From: Candidatus Eisenbacteria bacterium RBG_16_71_46
Lineage (GTDB): Bacteria; Eisenbacteria; RBG-16-71-46
Direction: 5' to 3'
Assembly: GCA_001780165.1 (NCBI GenBank)
Contig: MFFQ01000066.1
Coordinates: forward strand, 39,082 to 103,081
Length of the DNA stretch: 64,000 nucleotides
Shown: piece after piece, positions 26,748 to 36,675 of the stretch
How positions within the stretch are numbered: position 1 is the first letter of the stretch
Layout of the letters: every line of letters starts with the position of its first letter
Program-made: the position numbers and the translations under genes
Notes under the pieces: generated by a model
Database searches by the model: none
Seen by the model: the letters and a program-made list of their open reading frames with translations, nothing else
Told to the model about the DNA's origin: nothing

Positions 26748-28103
26748 ATGTCGCGGCATCAGCCGGTGGTCTGGCACGAGGGGATGCTGCTGGCCCCGCA
26801 GCACCTCCAGCAGTGGGATCGCTACCTCCATCATCTCGTCGACGATCGCTTCCGGGCCCTGCGCGCCTTCGAGTGGGGCTTCACCGAGCTGAAGCTCGAT
26901 CGCGAATCGCTGCGCAACGGCCGTATCGCCCTGCTCGCGGCAAGCGGCGTTCTGCCCGATGGGACCCCCTTCGCCATTCCGGATGGGGATGCGCCGCCGT
27001 CCGCCCGCGCGATCGAGGGCCATTTCGACGCGAAGCAGGACGTGCTTGCGGTGCATCTCGGACTGCCCGCCGCGCGGCCGGGACGACCCCAGCTCGGCGA
27101 CGGGGCCGCATCGGGACTGCCGCGGCCTCGCTTCTCTCCGCACGACGAGGACCTCGAGGACGCGAACTCCGGCGGGGATCCTCGCCGCGTGACCGTGGCG
27201 CGGCGCAACTTCGCGATCCTGTTCCCGGACGATGCGCTGGGCGATCACGACACGCTCCAGGTGGCGGAGGTCGTTCGGGACCCCGGCTCCGGCTACGTCC
27301 TGCGCGAGACCTTCGTGCCTCCCTGTCTGTCGGTCGCGGCCTCCGAGTGGCTGATGCAGATCCTGCGCGGACTGCACAACAAGCTCAACTCGAAGAGCAC
27401 GCGGCTCACGAACGAGCGCCCCAGTCCCGGCGGGGTCGTCAACCTGGCCGGCATGGAGACCGCCGACCTGCTGGGCCTGCAGCTCGTCAACGCCGCGATC
27501 CCGGCCCTGGCGCACGTCATCGAGCACGGCCGCGCCCATCCCGAGGACGTCTACCTGCAGCTCGTGTCGCTCGCCGCAGCGCTGTGCGCGTTCGCCCCGC
27601 GCCCCCGCGCCACCGAGCTGCCGCGCTACGACCACGGCGCGCCCTTCTCGACCTTCGGGCCGCTCAACGAGACTTTGACGCAGCTGATCGAGCTGGTCGG
27701 CGGCCAGGTGAAGGTGACCGTGATCCCCCTCGAGAAGGACGAGCGTGGCCGCCACATCGGCCGGCTCCAGGATCCCCGTCTGCTCGAGCCGAGTGCCAGC
27801 TTCTTCCTCGGCGTGAGGGCCGAGGTCGAGGAGGGGACGCTCATCCGGGACTTCCCGGCCAAGAGCAAGCTCGCCTCGCTCAATCGACTCGATGCCCTGA
27901 TCGCGGCCCTGGCCCCGGGAATCGGGCTTCAGTACCTGCGGGTGACCCCCGCGGGGCTGCCGGTCAAGTCGAACATGGTCTACTTCCAGCTCGATCCCGC
28001 CAGCAGCGAGTGGGCAGACGTGCGCAAGGCCCAGAACCTCGCCCTCTTCATCGCCGCCGACTATCCCAGCCTGAGCATGGAACTCCTGGGGAAGCGAGCC
28101 TAG
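26748..28103 (+). CDS. tssK: T6SS baseplate protein TssK.
   Basis: N-terminus VVWHEGMLLAPQHLQQWDRY matches the TssK consensus (VWSEGMFLRPQHFQQ). Confidence 0.85.
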   Translation: MSRHQPVVWHEGMLLAPQHLQQWDRYLHHLVDDRFRALRAFEWGFTELKLDRESLRNGRIALLAASGVLPDGTPFAIPDGDAPPSARAIEGHFDAKQDVLAVHLGLPAARPGRPQLGDGAASGLPRPRFSPHDEDLEDANSGGDPRRVTVARRNFAILFPDDALGDHDTLQVAEVVRDPGSGYVLRETFVPPCLSVAASEWLMQILRGLHNKLNSKSTRLTNERPSPGGVVNLAGMETADLLGLQLVNAAIPALAHVIEHGRAHPEDVYLQLVSLAAALCAFAPRPRATELPRYDHGAPFSTFGPLNETLTQLIELVGGQVKVTVIPLEKDERGRHIGRLQDPRLLEPSASFFLGVRAEVEEGTLIRDFPAKSKLASLNRLDALIAALAPGIGLQYLRVTPAGLPVKSNMVYFQLDPASSEWADVRKAQNLALFIAADYPSLSMELLGKRA

Positions 28104-28104
28104 C

Positions 28105-28902
28105 GTGAGCGGCTCGCGCCCCCGTTCGCGTGCGGCGCCCCGCGCGGGAAAGTCGCCCGGCCCGCCGGGGGACCGACCGGGAGCCGACGAAGCCTGGAGC
28201 CGTGACGAGGAGGGCTCCGGCCGGGCCGCCGCGACCGGCCCCCGCCTGGTCGACCTCTGCGGCGACTGGCTCAGCCTGGTCGCGGCGCTCCGCGGCGCCT
28301 CCGGCTCCATCGACGCGGCGGCGCTGCGCACCCGGGCGCTCGAGCTGCGCGATCGGTTCGCCCTGGAGGCGCGCGCGGCGGGTTTCGCCGCGGCCGACAT
28401 CGAGGCCGCCACGTTCGCGATCGTCGCCTTCCTCGACGAGACGGTGCTCTCCTCCGGTGGCACGGCGCGCGACACGTGGATGGCGCGACCGCTGCAGCTC
28501 GAGCTGTTCGGCATCTACACCGCCGGCCAGGATTTCTTCGACCGACTCGACCGCATGCGGCGCGAACGCGAAGCGCGGATCGAGGCCCTCGAGGTGTGCT
28601 TCGCGTGCCTGGCGCTCGGCTTCGCCGGGAAGTACCGGCTCGAGTCGCTCGAGACGCTCGCGAATCTCACCGGTGAGGTCGAGCGCGACGTCGCCGCGGT
28701 GCGCGGCATCGCGCCGGGTAGCCTGTCCCCCCGCGCGGTGCGCCGCGAGGAACTGGCGATGGTGGTCGCCGAGAGCGTCCCCTCGTGGCTCGCGGTCGCG
28801 GCCTTCGTGGTCGTGGTCGGACTGACCTGGCTCGTCATCTTCCTGCTCTCCCGGCACGACGCGGCGAGCGCCGCCCGCGCGATCGAGCGGCTCGCCGGCT
28901 GA
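28105..28902 (+). CDS. tssL: T6SS membrane protein TssL (DotU/IcmH family) with a ~60-aa Arg/Pro/Gly-rich N-terminal extension.
   Basis: DotU core (LVDLCGDWLSLVAAL...FAIVAFLDETVL...EVCFACLALGFAGKY) and C-terminal TM helix. Confidence 0.8.
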   Translation: MSGSRPRSRAAPRAGKSPGPPGDRPGADEAWSRDEEGSGRAAATGPRLVDLCGDWLSLVAALRGASGSIDAAALRTRALELRDRFALEARAAGFAAADIEAATFAIVAFLDETVLSSGGTARDTWMARPLQLELFGIYTAGQDFFDRLDRMRREREARIEALEVCFACLALGFAGKYRLESLETLANLTGEVERDVAAVRGIAPGSLSPRAVRREELAMVVAESVPSWLAVAAFVVVVGLTWLVIFLLSRHDAASAARAIERLAG

Positions 28903-28905
28903 GCG

Positions 28906-31900
28906 ATGGATCTCCTGCGCCGCTTCTTCCGCCCCCGGGTCGCGATCGGCGCCGTCGTCGTCGCCGTGGCCGCGGGGACCGCCGCCCTGTGGAGCGTGAT
29001 CGGCTGGGTGGCCCTGCTCGTCTTCATGATCCTCCTCATGGTCGGGCTGGTCGTGGTCATCGTCATGCTGTGGCGGCGCTACCAGGCCGAGCGCGCGACG
29101 GAGGAGATCGAGCGCACCATCACCCGCCAGGCCGACCAGGACATCGAGCGCTCGGTCGCCGCCAAGGTGGACGAGGCCAAGGACATGAAGGCCCAGCTGC
29201 TCGAGGCCATCCAGGATCTCAGGCAGCGGGTGGGGCGTGGCGGGTTCTCGACCATTCCCTGGTACCTGGTGATGGGGCCGACGGATGCCGGCAAGAGCAC
29301 CCTCGTCCTCCGTTCCGAGCTGAGGTTTGCGGGCGACGACGAGACACGGGGCGGGCGCCCGGTGGCCGGAATCGGCGGAACCCGGCGATTCGACTGGTGG
29401 CTGAGCCAGGACGCCGTGGTGCTCGACATGGCGGGCCGGGCCCTCGGGACCTCCGCCCAGTTCGAGGACAACGAGGACTGGATCGCCTTCCTGCGCACGC
29501 TCGCCCGGCAGCGACGCGGCAAGCCGATCAACGGCGTGCTGCTGGTGGTGGGCGTCGAGCAGCTCGCCGGCCACCCCACGACCGAGCTCGACAAGCTCGC
29601 GGGCCGGGTCCGCGAGCGCCTGCAGGAGCTGGTGCACCACCTCGGCGTGGTGTTCCCGGTCTACGCCGTCGTCACGCAGATGGACCGCCTCGTCGGTTTC
29701 TCGGAGTTCTTCGCCGACCTCGGCGATCCCGAGCGCGGCCAGATCTGGGGCGCGACGCTCAAGTACCGGCAGCGCAGCGCCGAGGAGGTGGAGCAGGAAT
29801 TCGACCGGGAGTTCCAGGCGCTCGCCGGAGTGCTGGGCGAGCGGCGGCTCCGGCGGGTGGCGGCGCTCTCGGGGGACGCCGCCCGCGCCCGCGCGTTCGG
29901 ATTCCCCCTGCAGCTCGAGCGCCTGCGCGACCCGATGATCCGCTTCGTCGGCGGAGTCTTCCAGCCGGATCCGAGCGGTGACTCACCGGTGTTCCGTGGC
30001 GTCTACTTCACGAGCGCGGCCCAGGAAGGGGCACCGATCGATCTGGTCGCGGCGCCGGCGCTGGCGGCGGTCGGCGGCGCACCCGCGGGCGGCGCCAAGC
30101 CGGCGACGTCCGGCACCTTCTTCGTGCGCGACCTGTTCTCGCGCGTGCTCTCCGGCGAGGCGGGCTTGGCCGGGCTGGCGCGCGCCGAGAAGGCCCGCCA
30201 GCGGCTGCGCCGGGTCATCATCGCCGGCAGCCTGGCCGCCAGCTTCGTGCTGGTGGCGGTGCTGCTCTCGTCGTTCTCGTGCGCCAACCGGCGGGTGATC
30301 GACAGGACGCGGGACGCGGCACGCAGGGTCGCGCAGACGGTGAAGGTCCAAAGCCCGCTGGACGCCAACCTCGAGTCCCTCGACGGCCTCAGGGCCCGGC
30401 TGGTCGTGCTGGATTCGCTGGCCGAGGGAAGGCCGACGTGGCGGAAGATGGGGGCCTACTCGGGCGATGCGGTGATCGACCCGGCGCTCAAGCTCTACAC
30501 CCAGGCCGCGCTCGCCGCCGTCATCCGGCCGGCGGCGGACCGCATGGTCGACAGCCTCAGCGCGCAGACCGCCACGGGCGCCGGCGCGTTCATCGACTAC
30601 TTCGACCTCTTCCGGGCGGTGCGGCTCCTGCACAATGCGGACAAGCTGGTCGCGGACGACGCCCCCACCCTGGCGCGAGTCATGCGCCGGATGCTCGCCT
30701 CGCAGATCGCCACCGGCCCCGACGAGGATCGCCGGCGCAAGCGGAGCCTGCTCGACGCGCAGATCGAATTCCTCGCGACGCATCCCTATTGGCTCAGCAG
30801 CCTCGGGCCCAAGGCGCTGGGTCCCGAGAACCTGGAGCTGGTGGCCCGGGCCTCCACGCGGGTGCGGGACACCTGGGACCCTTCCCAGTTCTACCGCCGC
30901 ATGATCCGCGAGATCGAGCCCACGATCCCGGAGGCTTCGCTCCCCGGCCTGATGGGCAAGGCGACGCTGGTGACCGACGCGGTGGTGGTGGGCGGGCCCT
31001 TCACGCGCAGCGGGTGGAACGACCGCGTGCGGCCGGAGCTCGCGCGGCGGGGCGAGCGGATGCGCAACGACTGGATCGTGCGCGAGGTCTTCGCCGGGGA
31101 CGGCACGCCGGCCGGGCTCGAAGCGGAGATGGCGACGCGCTACGCTCGCGACTACACCGCGCACTGGGTGGCGCTGCTCGACGGGATCGAGATCGACATG
31201 CGGTCCGATCTCAACGGCGCCGTGGAGATGATGGCCAAGCTCAAGGAGCCCGACTCCCCGATCGTGCTCGGGCTCAAGGCGGTGGCCGAGCAGACCACGC
31301 TCGGGGTGGATCCCGCGCTCGCCCTCGGCCAGGTGGACAAGGACTTCGCGTTGCTCCACCAGTTCGTGAGCAGCGGGGGGGCCGGCTCCCAGGGCTCGCT
31401 GTTCCAGCGGGTCGCGCAACGCTTCGGCGCCGGGGGCTCGGCGGGCGGCGCATCCGGCGCGGGGCAGTCGGCGAGCGCCCTCTACCTCCAGGAGCTGGGC
31501 AAGGTCCAGGAGCAGGTCACCGCCGCGGCCCAGTCGGGCAGCCCGGTCCTCAAGCAGGCCATCCTCTGCGTCGGCGCCGGCACCGCGGAGAGCGCGGTGT
31601 GCAGGAGTCTCCAGTGGGTGGACTTCGTGGCCGGCGATTTCGGCGGTGCCAAGGGGACCGAGCCGGTCGCCCGGGTGTTGCGGCTGCCGATGAAGAAATG
31701 CCAGGAGTCGGTGCGCGGCAGCCCCACGAAGGTGGGGGGCTTCGGCCCGCCGATCCCGCCCACCCCGGAGATGGCCGCCGCGTGGTCGGGCCTCGTCGGC
31801 CAGTTCCAGAGCACGCTCGCCGGCAGGTACCCGCTCTCGCCGGGCCGGAGCGCGGAGGCGACGCTGCAGGACTTCGCCGGCTTCTTCAAGCCCGGTGGCG

Positions 31901-32469
31901 CCTTCTGGAGCTTCCACCAGCAGTATCTCAAGGACTACGTCAACGAGGACGGCACGCCCACTCCGGCGGCGCAGGCCGGGGTGCCGTTCACCGGAGGCCT
32001 TCCGGGCGTGGTGCGCCGGGCCTACGAGATCCGCGAGGCGCTCTTCTCGGTCAAACCCGACACCCCGTGGCTCGAGTTCACCATCAGCACCGGAACGCCG
32101 AGCGTCGAAGGTCCTCCGATCAATCCCCGCAAGGTGTTCCTCGATCTGGGGGGGCAGTCGGCGGTCTACTTCATGGGGCCCAAGCGGCCGATGCACCTGG
32201 AATGGCCGGGACCCGATCCCGCGGTGGGCGCTTCCCTGCGCGCGGAGACGGATCAGGCGCAGCCGCAGGCGCTCCGGGCCCCCGGGCCGTGGGGGCTCTT
32301 CCGGCTGCTCGACATGGGTGCGCTCAGCGGGGGAAGCGAGCCCCAGGTCACCTGGCAGCTCATCGCCGGCCAGAGCCGGATCCGCATCTCCTACGACATC
32401 CGCCCCGGATCGGCCCGGCACCCCTTCCGCCGGGGTTCGTTGAGCTTTAGCCTGCCCGGCAGCCTCTGA
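28906..32469 (+). CDS. tssM: T6SS membrane protein TssM (IcmF family).
   Basis: 1187 aa. N-terminal TM helices. Walker A GPTDAGKST. IcmF-related C-terminal domain. Confidence 0.9.
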   Translation: MDLLRRFFRPRVAIGAVVVAVAAGTAALWSVIGWVALLVFMILLMVGLVVVIVMLWRRYQAERATEEIERTITRQADQDIERSVAAKVDEAKDMKAQLLEAIQDLRQRVGRGGFSTIPWYLVMGPTDAGKSTLVLRSELRFAGDDETRGGRPVAGIGGTRRFDWWLSQDAVVLDMAGRALGTSAQFEDNEDWIAFLRTLARQRRGKPINGVLLVVGVEQLAGHPTTELDKLAGRVRERLQELVHHLGVVFPVYAVVTQMDRLVGFSEFFADLGDPERGQIWGATLKYRQRSAEEVEQEFDREFQALAGVLGERRLRRVAALSGDAARARAFGFPLQLERLRDPMIRFVGGVFQPDPSGDSPVFRGVYFTSAAQEGAPIDLVAAPALAAVGGAPAGGAKPATSGTFFVRDLFSRVLSGEAGLAGLARAEKARQRLRRVIIAGSLAASFVLVAVLLSSFSCANRRVIDRTRDAARRVAQTVKVQSPLDANLESLDGLRARLVVLDSLAEGRPTWRKMGAYSGDAVIDPALKLYTQAALAAVIRPAADRMVDSLSAQTATGAGAFIDYFDLFRAVRLLHNADKLVADDAPTLARVMRRMLASQIATGPDEDRRRKRSLLDAQIEFLATHPYWLSSLGPKALGPENLELVARASTRVRDTWDPSQFYRRMIREIEPTIPEASLPGLMGKATLVTDAVVVGGPFTRSGWNDRVRPELARRGERMRNDWIVREVFAGDGTPAGLEAEMATRYARDYTAHWVALLDGIEIDMRSDLNGAVEMMAKLKEPDSPIVLGLKAVAEQTTLGVDPALALGQVDKDFALLHQFVSSGGAGSQGSLFQRVAQRFGAGGSAGGASGAGQSASALYLQELGKVQEQVTAAAQSGSPVLKQAILCVGAGTAESAVCRSLQWVDFVAGDFGGAKGTEPVARVLRLPMKKCQESVRGSPTKVGGFGPPIPPTPEMAAAWSGLVGQFQSTLAGRYPLSPGRSAEATLQDFAGFFKPGGAFWSFHQQYLKDYVNEDGTPTPAAQAGVPFTGGLPGVVRRAYEIREALFSVKPDTPWLEFTISTGTPSVEGPPINPRKVFLDLGGQSAVYFMGPKRPMHLEWPGPDPAVGASLRAETDQAQPQALRAPGPWGLFRLLDMGALSGGSEPQVTWQLIAGQSRIRISYDIRPGSARHPFRRGSLSFSLPGSL

Positions 32470-32823
32470 ACCGGGGGGGCTTGCCCCGCGCGGAAGCCCG
32501 GAAGGGCGCGCGGGGGCTGCGCCCGGCGCCGTGCCGGAGGGCGGGACCTCCGTCGGCATTGGGGGGCGGATTCGGCTAGGTTGCCCGCGTGCTTCAGGGG
32601 CGGGAGCGGCCTGCTCCGATTCATCGCGGCAAACTTCGCTTGAAATTCATGCGCTTCCTGCCCTAAGCTGATGCGCGCGGAAGGCTGCGGAACGGGCCAA
32701 GACGGCCCAGAATATCGCGGTACGGAGCGCCAAGTTCCAACCCCACCCGCCGTTCGACGACCAAACATCACCTGTGTCGCCTCGTGAACTGGTCCCCAGC
32801 CGGGGAGTGCGAGTTTTTCCGCA

Positions 32824-33846
32824 ATGAGCCCAATCGACGTCGGCCAATTGCTGCAGGAGGTTTCCTCCGACGCCCCGTGCGGGCCCAACCTCCAATACGA
32901 CTCCGCGTTCCGTGAACTCGAGCTGGCCGCCGCCGGGAAACCCGAGCAGAGTATTGGCGAGAGCGTCATACCCGGCCAGGACCCGACCTGGCCGGACGTC
33001 AAGGACCGCGCGCTGGAGTTGCTCCGTCGTACCAAGGATCTCCGCGTCGCCGTCCAGCTGACGCACTCGCTGCTGCGAACCGACGGAATCGGCGGACTGA
33101 GCGACGGACTCTCCATCGTCAGCGGCCTGGTCGAGCGGTACTGGGACAGCGTCCACCCGCAGCTCGACCCCGAGGACGGGAACGACCCGACGCTGCGCCT
33201 CAATACGCTCGCCAACCTGGCCGACTGGGATGCCCAGGTCCGTGCGCTGCGCGAGCTGCCGCTGGTCAGCTCGAGGGTGCTGGGACGGGTGAGCCTGCGC
33301 GATGTCGAGCGGGCGAACGGCAGCGCCCCCGCGTCCGGCGAGGACGAGGACACGACGCCGCTCGACGTCGCGGCGATCGACATCGCCTTCGACGAACTGG
33401 ACGACGCCGCGCTCGAAGCCCTGGCCGTGAGCGCCCGCAGCTCGGTGGCGAGCCTGGCGAAGATCCAGTCCGTGGTTTCCGACAAGGCCGGGTCGGCGGG
33501 GTCGGTCGACCTGAGCCGCCTCTCGGACACTCTCAAGGCCATCGACCGCGTGCTGAGCGAGCAGATCGCGCGGCGCAGTCCTGCTGCCGCGGGCAATGGC
33601 GCGCCGGGTGGCGCGGGAAGGTCGGGCGGGCTGTCCGGAGAGGTCTCGAGCCGCGAGGACGTGATCCGGCTGCTCGACAAGGCCTGCGAATACTACCGGC
33701 GCCACGAGCCATCGAGCCCGATTCCGCTCCTGCTCCAGAGAGCCAAGCGCCTGGTCTCCAAGGATTTCCTCGAAATCGTGAAGGATATCGCCCCGGGCGG
33801 GCTTTCAGAGGTCCAGTCCATCGGAGGAGTTGAGAGGGAAGAATAG
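32824..33846 (+). CDS. tssA: T6SS protein TssA (ImpA N-terminal domain family).
   Basis: ImpA_N-like N-terminus (CGPNLQYDSAFRELE...WPDVKDRALELL). Typical position before tssBC. Confidence 0.75.
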   Translation: MSPIDVGQLLQEVSSDAPCGPNLQYDSAFRELELAAAGKPEQSIGESVIPGQDPTWPDVKDRALELLRRTKDLRVAVQLTHSLLRTDGIGGLSDGLSIVSGLVERYWDSVHPQLDPEDGNDPTLRLNTLANLADWDAQVRALRELPLVSSRVLGRVSLRDVERANGSAPASGEDEDTTPLDVAAIDIAFDELDDAALEALAVSARSSVASLAKIQSVVSDKAGSAGSVDLSRLSDTLKAIDRVLSEQIARRSPAAAGNGAPGGAGRSGGLSGEVSSREDVIRLLDKACEYYRRHEPSSPIPLLLQRAKRLVSKDFLEIVKDIAPGGLSEVQSIGGVEREE

Positions 33847-33948
33847 CGCCCGGGAAGGCGCATGGCTGATTCTCGCACGTGTTCCCGCGATCCACGCCGC
33901 TCCCCCCGAGCCGCCCGCCGATCGCATACCGCCGTCAGGAGGTGCCGC

Positions 33949-34485
33949 ATGGCTTCGAAGTCCAGCGCACAGAAGTTCATCGCCCGCAATCGGGCGCCGC
34001 GCGTTCAGATCGAGTACGACGTCGAGATCGGGAACGCGGAAAAGAAGGTCCAGCTGCCCTTCGTCATGGGAGTCCTGGCGGATCTCTCCGGCAATCCCGC
34101 CGAAGCGCTGCCGGCGGTCGCCGACCGGAAGGCCCTGCAGATCGATGTGGACAATTTCGACCAGCGACTCAAGGCCATGAAGCCGCGCGTCGCCTTTGCC
34201 GTTCCCAACAAGCTCACCGGCGAGGGGAATCTCAGCGTGGACATCACGTTCGAGAGCATGGACGACTTCTCGCCCGCCGCGGTGGCGCGCAAGGTGGGAG
34301 CGCTGAGCAAGCTGCTCGAGGCGCGCACCCAGCTCGCCAACCTGGCGACCTACCTGGACGGCAAGACTCGCGCCGAGGATCTGGTCGCGAAGGCCCTCAA
34401 CGATCCGACGCTGCTGCAGGCGCTGTCGTCGGCTCCCAATCCAGGCGACGAGAGCGCCGCCGGCGAGGAGAAGACCAATGGCTGA
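33949..34485 (+). CDS. tssB: T6SS contractile sheath small subunit TssB (VipA).
   Basis: RVQIEYDVEIGNAEKKVQLPFVMGVLADLSG is the canonical TssB N-terminus. RBS GGAGG. Confidence 0.85.
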   Translation: MASKSSAQKFIARNRAPRVQIEYDVEIGNAEKKVQLPFVMGVLADLSGNPAEALPAVADRKALQIDVDNFDQRLKAMKPRVAFAVPNKLTGEGNLSVDITFESMDDFSPAAVARKVGALSKLLEARTQLANLATYLDGKTRAEDLVAKALNDPTLLQALSSAPNPGDESAAGEEKTNG

Positions 34486-35971
34486 CGGGAAGGCGGCCGA
34501 ACAGGCCCAGGCGCAGGCCGGCGTCAAGACGCTCGAGCCCGGCGAGTTCGAATCCCTGCTCGGCAAGGAGTACAAGGCCGAGAAGACCAAGGAGGCCGTG
34601 CTCGACGGCGTCAAGACGCTGGCCGAGTGGGCGATGAAGTACAGCACGGTCATCTCGGACGACGCGATCAAGTCCATCGACGCCATCAAGGCCGAGATCG
34701 ACCGCCTGCTCACCGAGCAGGTGACCGTCATCCTCCACCAAGCCGAATTCCAGAAGCTCGAGGGGGCGTGGCGGGGCCTCTATCATCTGGTCAGCAACAC
34801 CGAAACCGACGAGATGCTCAAGATCCGGGTCTTCAACGTCTCGAAGAAGGACCTGCACAAGACCCTCGCGAAGTTCAAGGGCACGAACTGGGACCAGAGC
34901 CCGATCTTCAAGCAGATCTATGAAGACGGCTACGGCGTGCTGGGCGGCGAGCCCTTTGGCTGCCTGGTCGGTGACTTCCACTTCGACCACGGCCCGCAGG
35001 ACGTCGAGCTGCTGGGCGAGATGGCCAAGGTCGCGGCCGCATCGCACGCGCCGTTCATCACCGGCGCGGCTCCCGGCCTGATGGGCTTCGAGTCGTGGCA
35101 GGAGCTGAGCAATCCGCGCGACCTCGCCAAGATCCAGAGCACTCCCGAGTATGCCGCGTGGCGCTCGCTGCGCGACTCGGAAGACTCGCGCTACATCGGG
35201 CTCGCGATGCCGCGCTTCCTCGCCCGGCTCCCCTACGGGGCCAAGACCAGCCCGGTCGAGGAGTTCGATTTCGAGGAAGACACCGAGGGCGCCAAGCACG
35301 ACAACTACACGTGGGCGAATTCGGCCTACGCGATGGCCGTCAACATCAACAAGTCGTTCAAGGAGTTCGGCTGGTGCTCGCGGATTCGCGGCGTCGAATC
35401 GGGCGGAACGGTGGAGGGCCTGCCGGTCCACACCTTCCCCAGCGACGACGGCGGCGTGGACATGAAGTGCCCGACCGAGATCGCGATCACCGACCGCCGC
35501 AGCAAGGAGCTGGACGACCTCGGCATGATGCCGCTGACCCATCGCAAGGGCCAGGACGTCGCGACGTTCGTCGCGGCGCAGTCGCTCCAGAAGCCCGCCG
35601 AGTACGCGGACGCGGATGCGGCCGCGAACGCACGGCTGGCGGCCCGGCTGCCGTACCTGTTCGCGACCTGCCGGTTCGCGCACTATCTCAAGTGCATCGT
35701 CCGCGACAAGATCGGGTCCTTCAAGGAACGCGCGGACATGGAAACCTGGCTCAACAACTGGATCGTGCAATACGTGCTGGCGAATCCCTCGGTGGCCACC
35801 GAAGCGGAGAAGGCGAGAAAGCCCCTCGCCGGCGCGGAGGTCCAGGTCAAGGAAATCGAGGGGAACCCCGGCTACTACAGTTCGACGTTCTTCCTGAGGC
35901 CCCACTATCAGCTCGAGGGTCTCACCGTCTCGCTGCGCCTGGTTTCGCGGCTGCCGTCGGCCAAGAAGTAG
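34478..35971 (+). CDS. tssC: T6SS contractile sheath large subunit TssC (VipB).
   Basis: Highly conserved TssC blocks throughout (AMPRFLARLPYG, YTWANSAYAMAVNINKSF, LFATCRFAHYLK). Overlaps the tssB stop by 8 nt. Confidence 0.95.
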   Translation: MADGKAAEQAQAQAGVKTLEPGEFESLLGKEYKAEKTKEAVLDGVKTLAEWAMKYSTVISDDAIKSIDAIKAEIDRLLTEQVTVILHQAEFQKLEGAWRGLYHLVSNTETDEMLKIRVFNVSKKDLHKTLAKFKGTNWDQSPIFKQIYEDGYGVLGGEPFGCLVGDFHFDHGPQDVELLGEMAKVAAASHAPFITGAAPGLMGFESWQELSNPRDLAKIQSTPEYAAWRSLRDSEDSRYIGLAMPRFLARLPYGAKTSPVEEFDFEEDTEGAKHDNYTWANSAYAMAVNINKSFKEFGWCSRIRGVESGGTVEGLPVHTFPSDDGGVDMKCPTEIAITDRRSKELDDLGMMPLTHRKGQDVATFVAAQSLQKPAEYADADAAANARLAARLPYLFATCRFAHYLKCIVRDKIGSFKERADMETWLNNWIVQYVLANPSVATEAEKARKPLAGAEVQVKEIEGNPGYYSSTFFLRPHYQLEGLTVSLRLVSRLPSAKK

Positions 35972-36101
35972 TCCCAGGTACGGCGAATCTCACAGGCACG
36001 GAAGGGTAGGAGCCCCGTCGCGGGGCTTCCGCCCGTTCCGGCCTTCCACAGGCCAGTGCCCACCGCATGACCGCGGCCGGGGCAGAAGAAAGGAGCCGCC
36101 C

Positions 36102-36581
36102 GTGATTCTTCTGAAGTTCGACACCGAGATTAAGGGTGAGTCGCAGGTCCCGGGGCACGAGGGCTGGATCAGCGTCGACAGCTTCCAGCTCGGCGTGGGC
36201 CGGTCGATCACGTCGTCGGGCCGCGGCGGGGATCGCGACACCAGCAATCCGTCGTTCTCCGAGGCGACCTTCGCCCGCTCGACCGACAAGGCCTCCCCCG
36301 AGCTGTTCATGCAGTCCGTGTGCGGCAAGAGCCTCGGCAAGGCGACCATCCACTTCACCCAGACCGCGGGCTCCGACAAGCCGGAGCAGATCTACCTGAG
36401 CTACGAGCTGGGCGATCCGATCGTCAGCTCCTACTCGATCAGCAGCGGCGGAGACCGTCCCAGCGAGTCGTTCTCGCTCAACTTCGTCAAGATCAGCAAG
36501 AAGTACATCGCGTTCTCGGGCTCCAAGGTGGGTGCCGAGATCGAGAAGAAGTGGGATCTGGTCGCGAACAAGACCTACTGA
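36102..36581 (+). CDS. hcp: T6SS inner tube protein Hcp (TssD).
   Basis: ILLKFDTEIKGESQVPGHEGWISVDSFQLGV is a canonical Hcp N-terminus. GTG start with GAAAGGAG RBS. Confidence 0.9.
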   Translation: MILLKFDTEIKGESQVPGHEGWISVDSFQLGVGRSITSSGRGGDRDTSNPSFSEATFARSTDKASPELFMQSVCGKSLGKATIHFTQTAGSDKPEQIYLSYELGDPIVSSYSISSGGDRPSESFSLNFVKISKKYIAFSGSKVGAEIEKKWDLVANKTY

Positions 36582-36675
36582 TGACCGGGAGGGTCACGGC
36601 CGGGCGCTGACCCACCGTGGCCCATCGGTTCCAACGGGCGGCCGTGCAGCACTGCGCCCGCCGGCGGGTGACGCC

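Noticed and set aside
26769-26786. TGGCACGAGGGGATGCT resembling a sigma54 -24/-12 element
   Set aside because: The GC sits one position off (11-nt spacing). It also lies inside the tssK coding sequence, encoding the conserved VWHEGML motif. It is most likely a coding coincidence.
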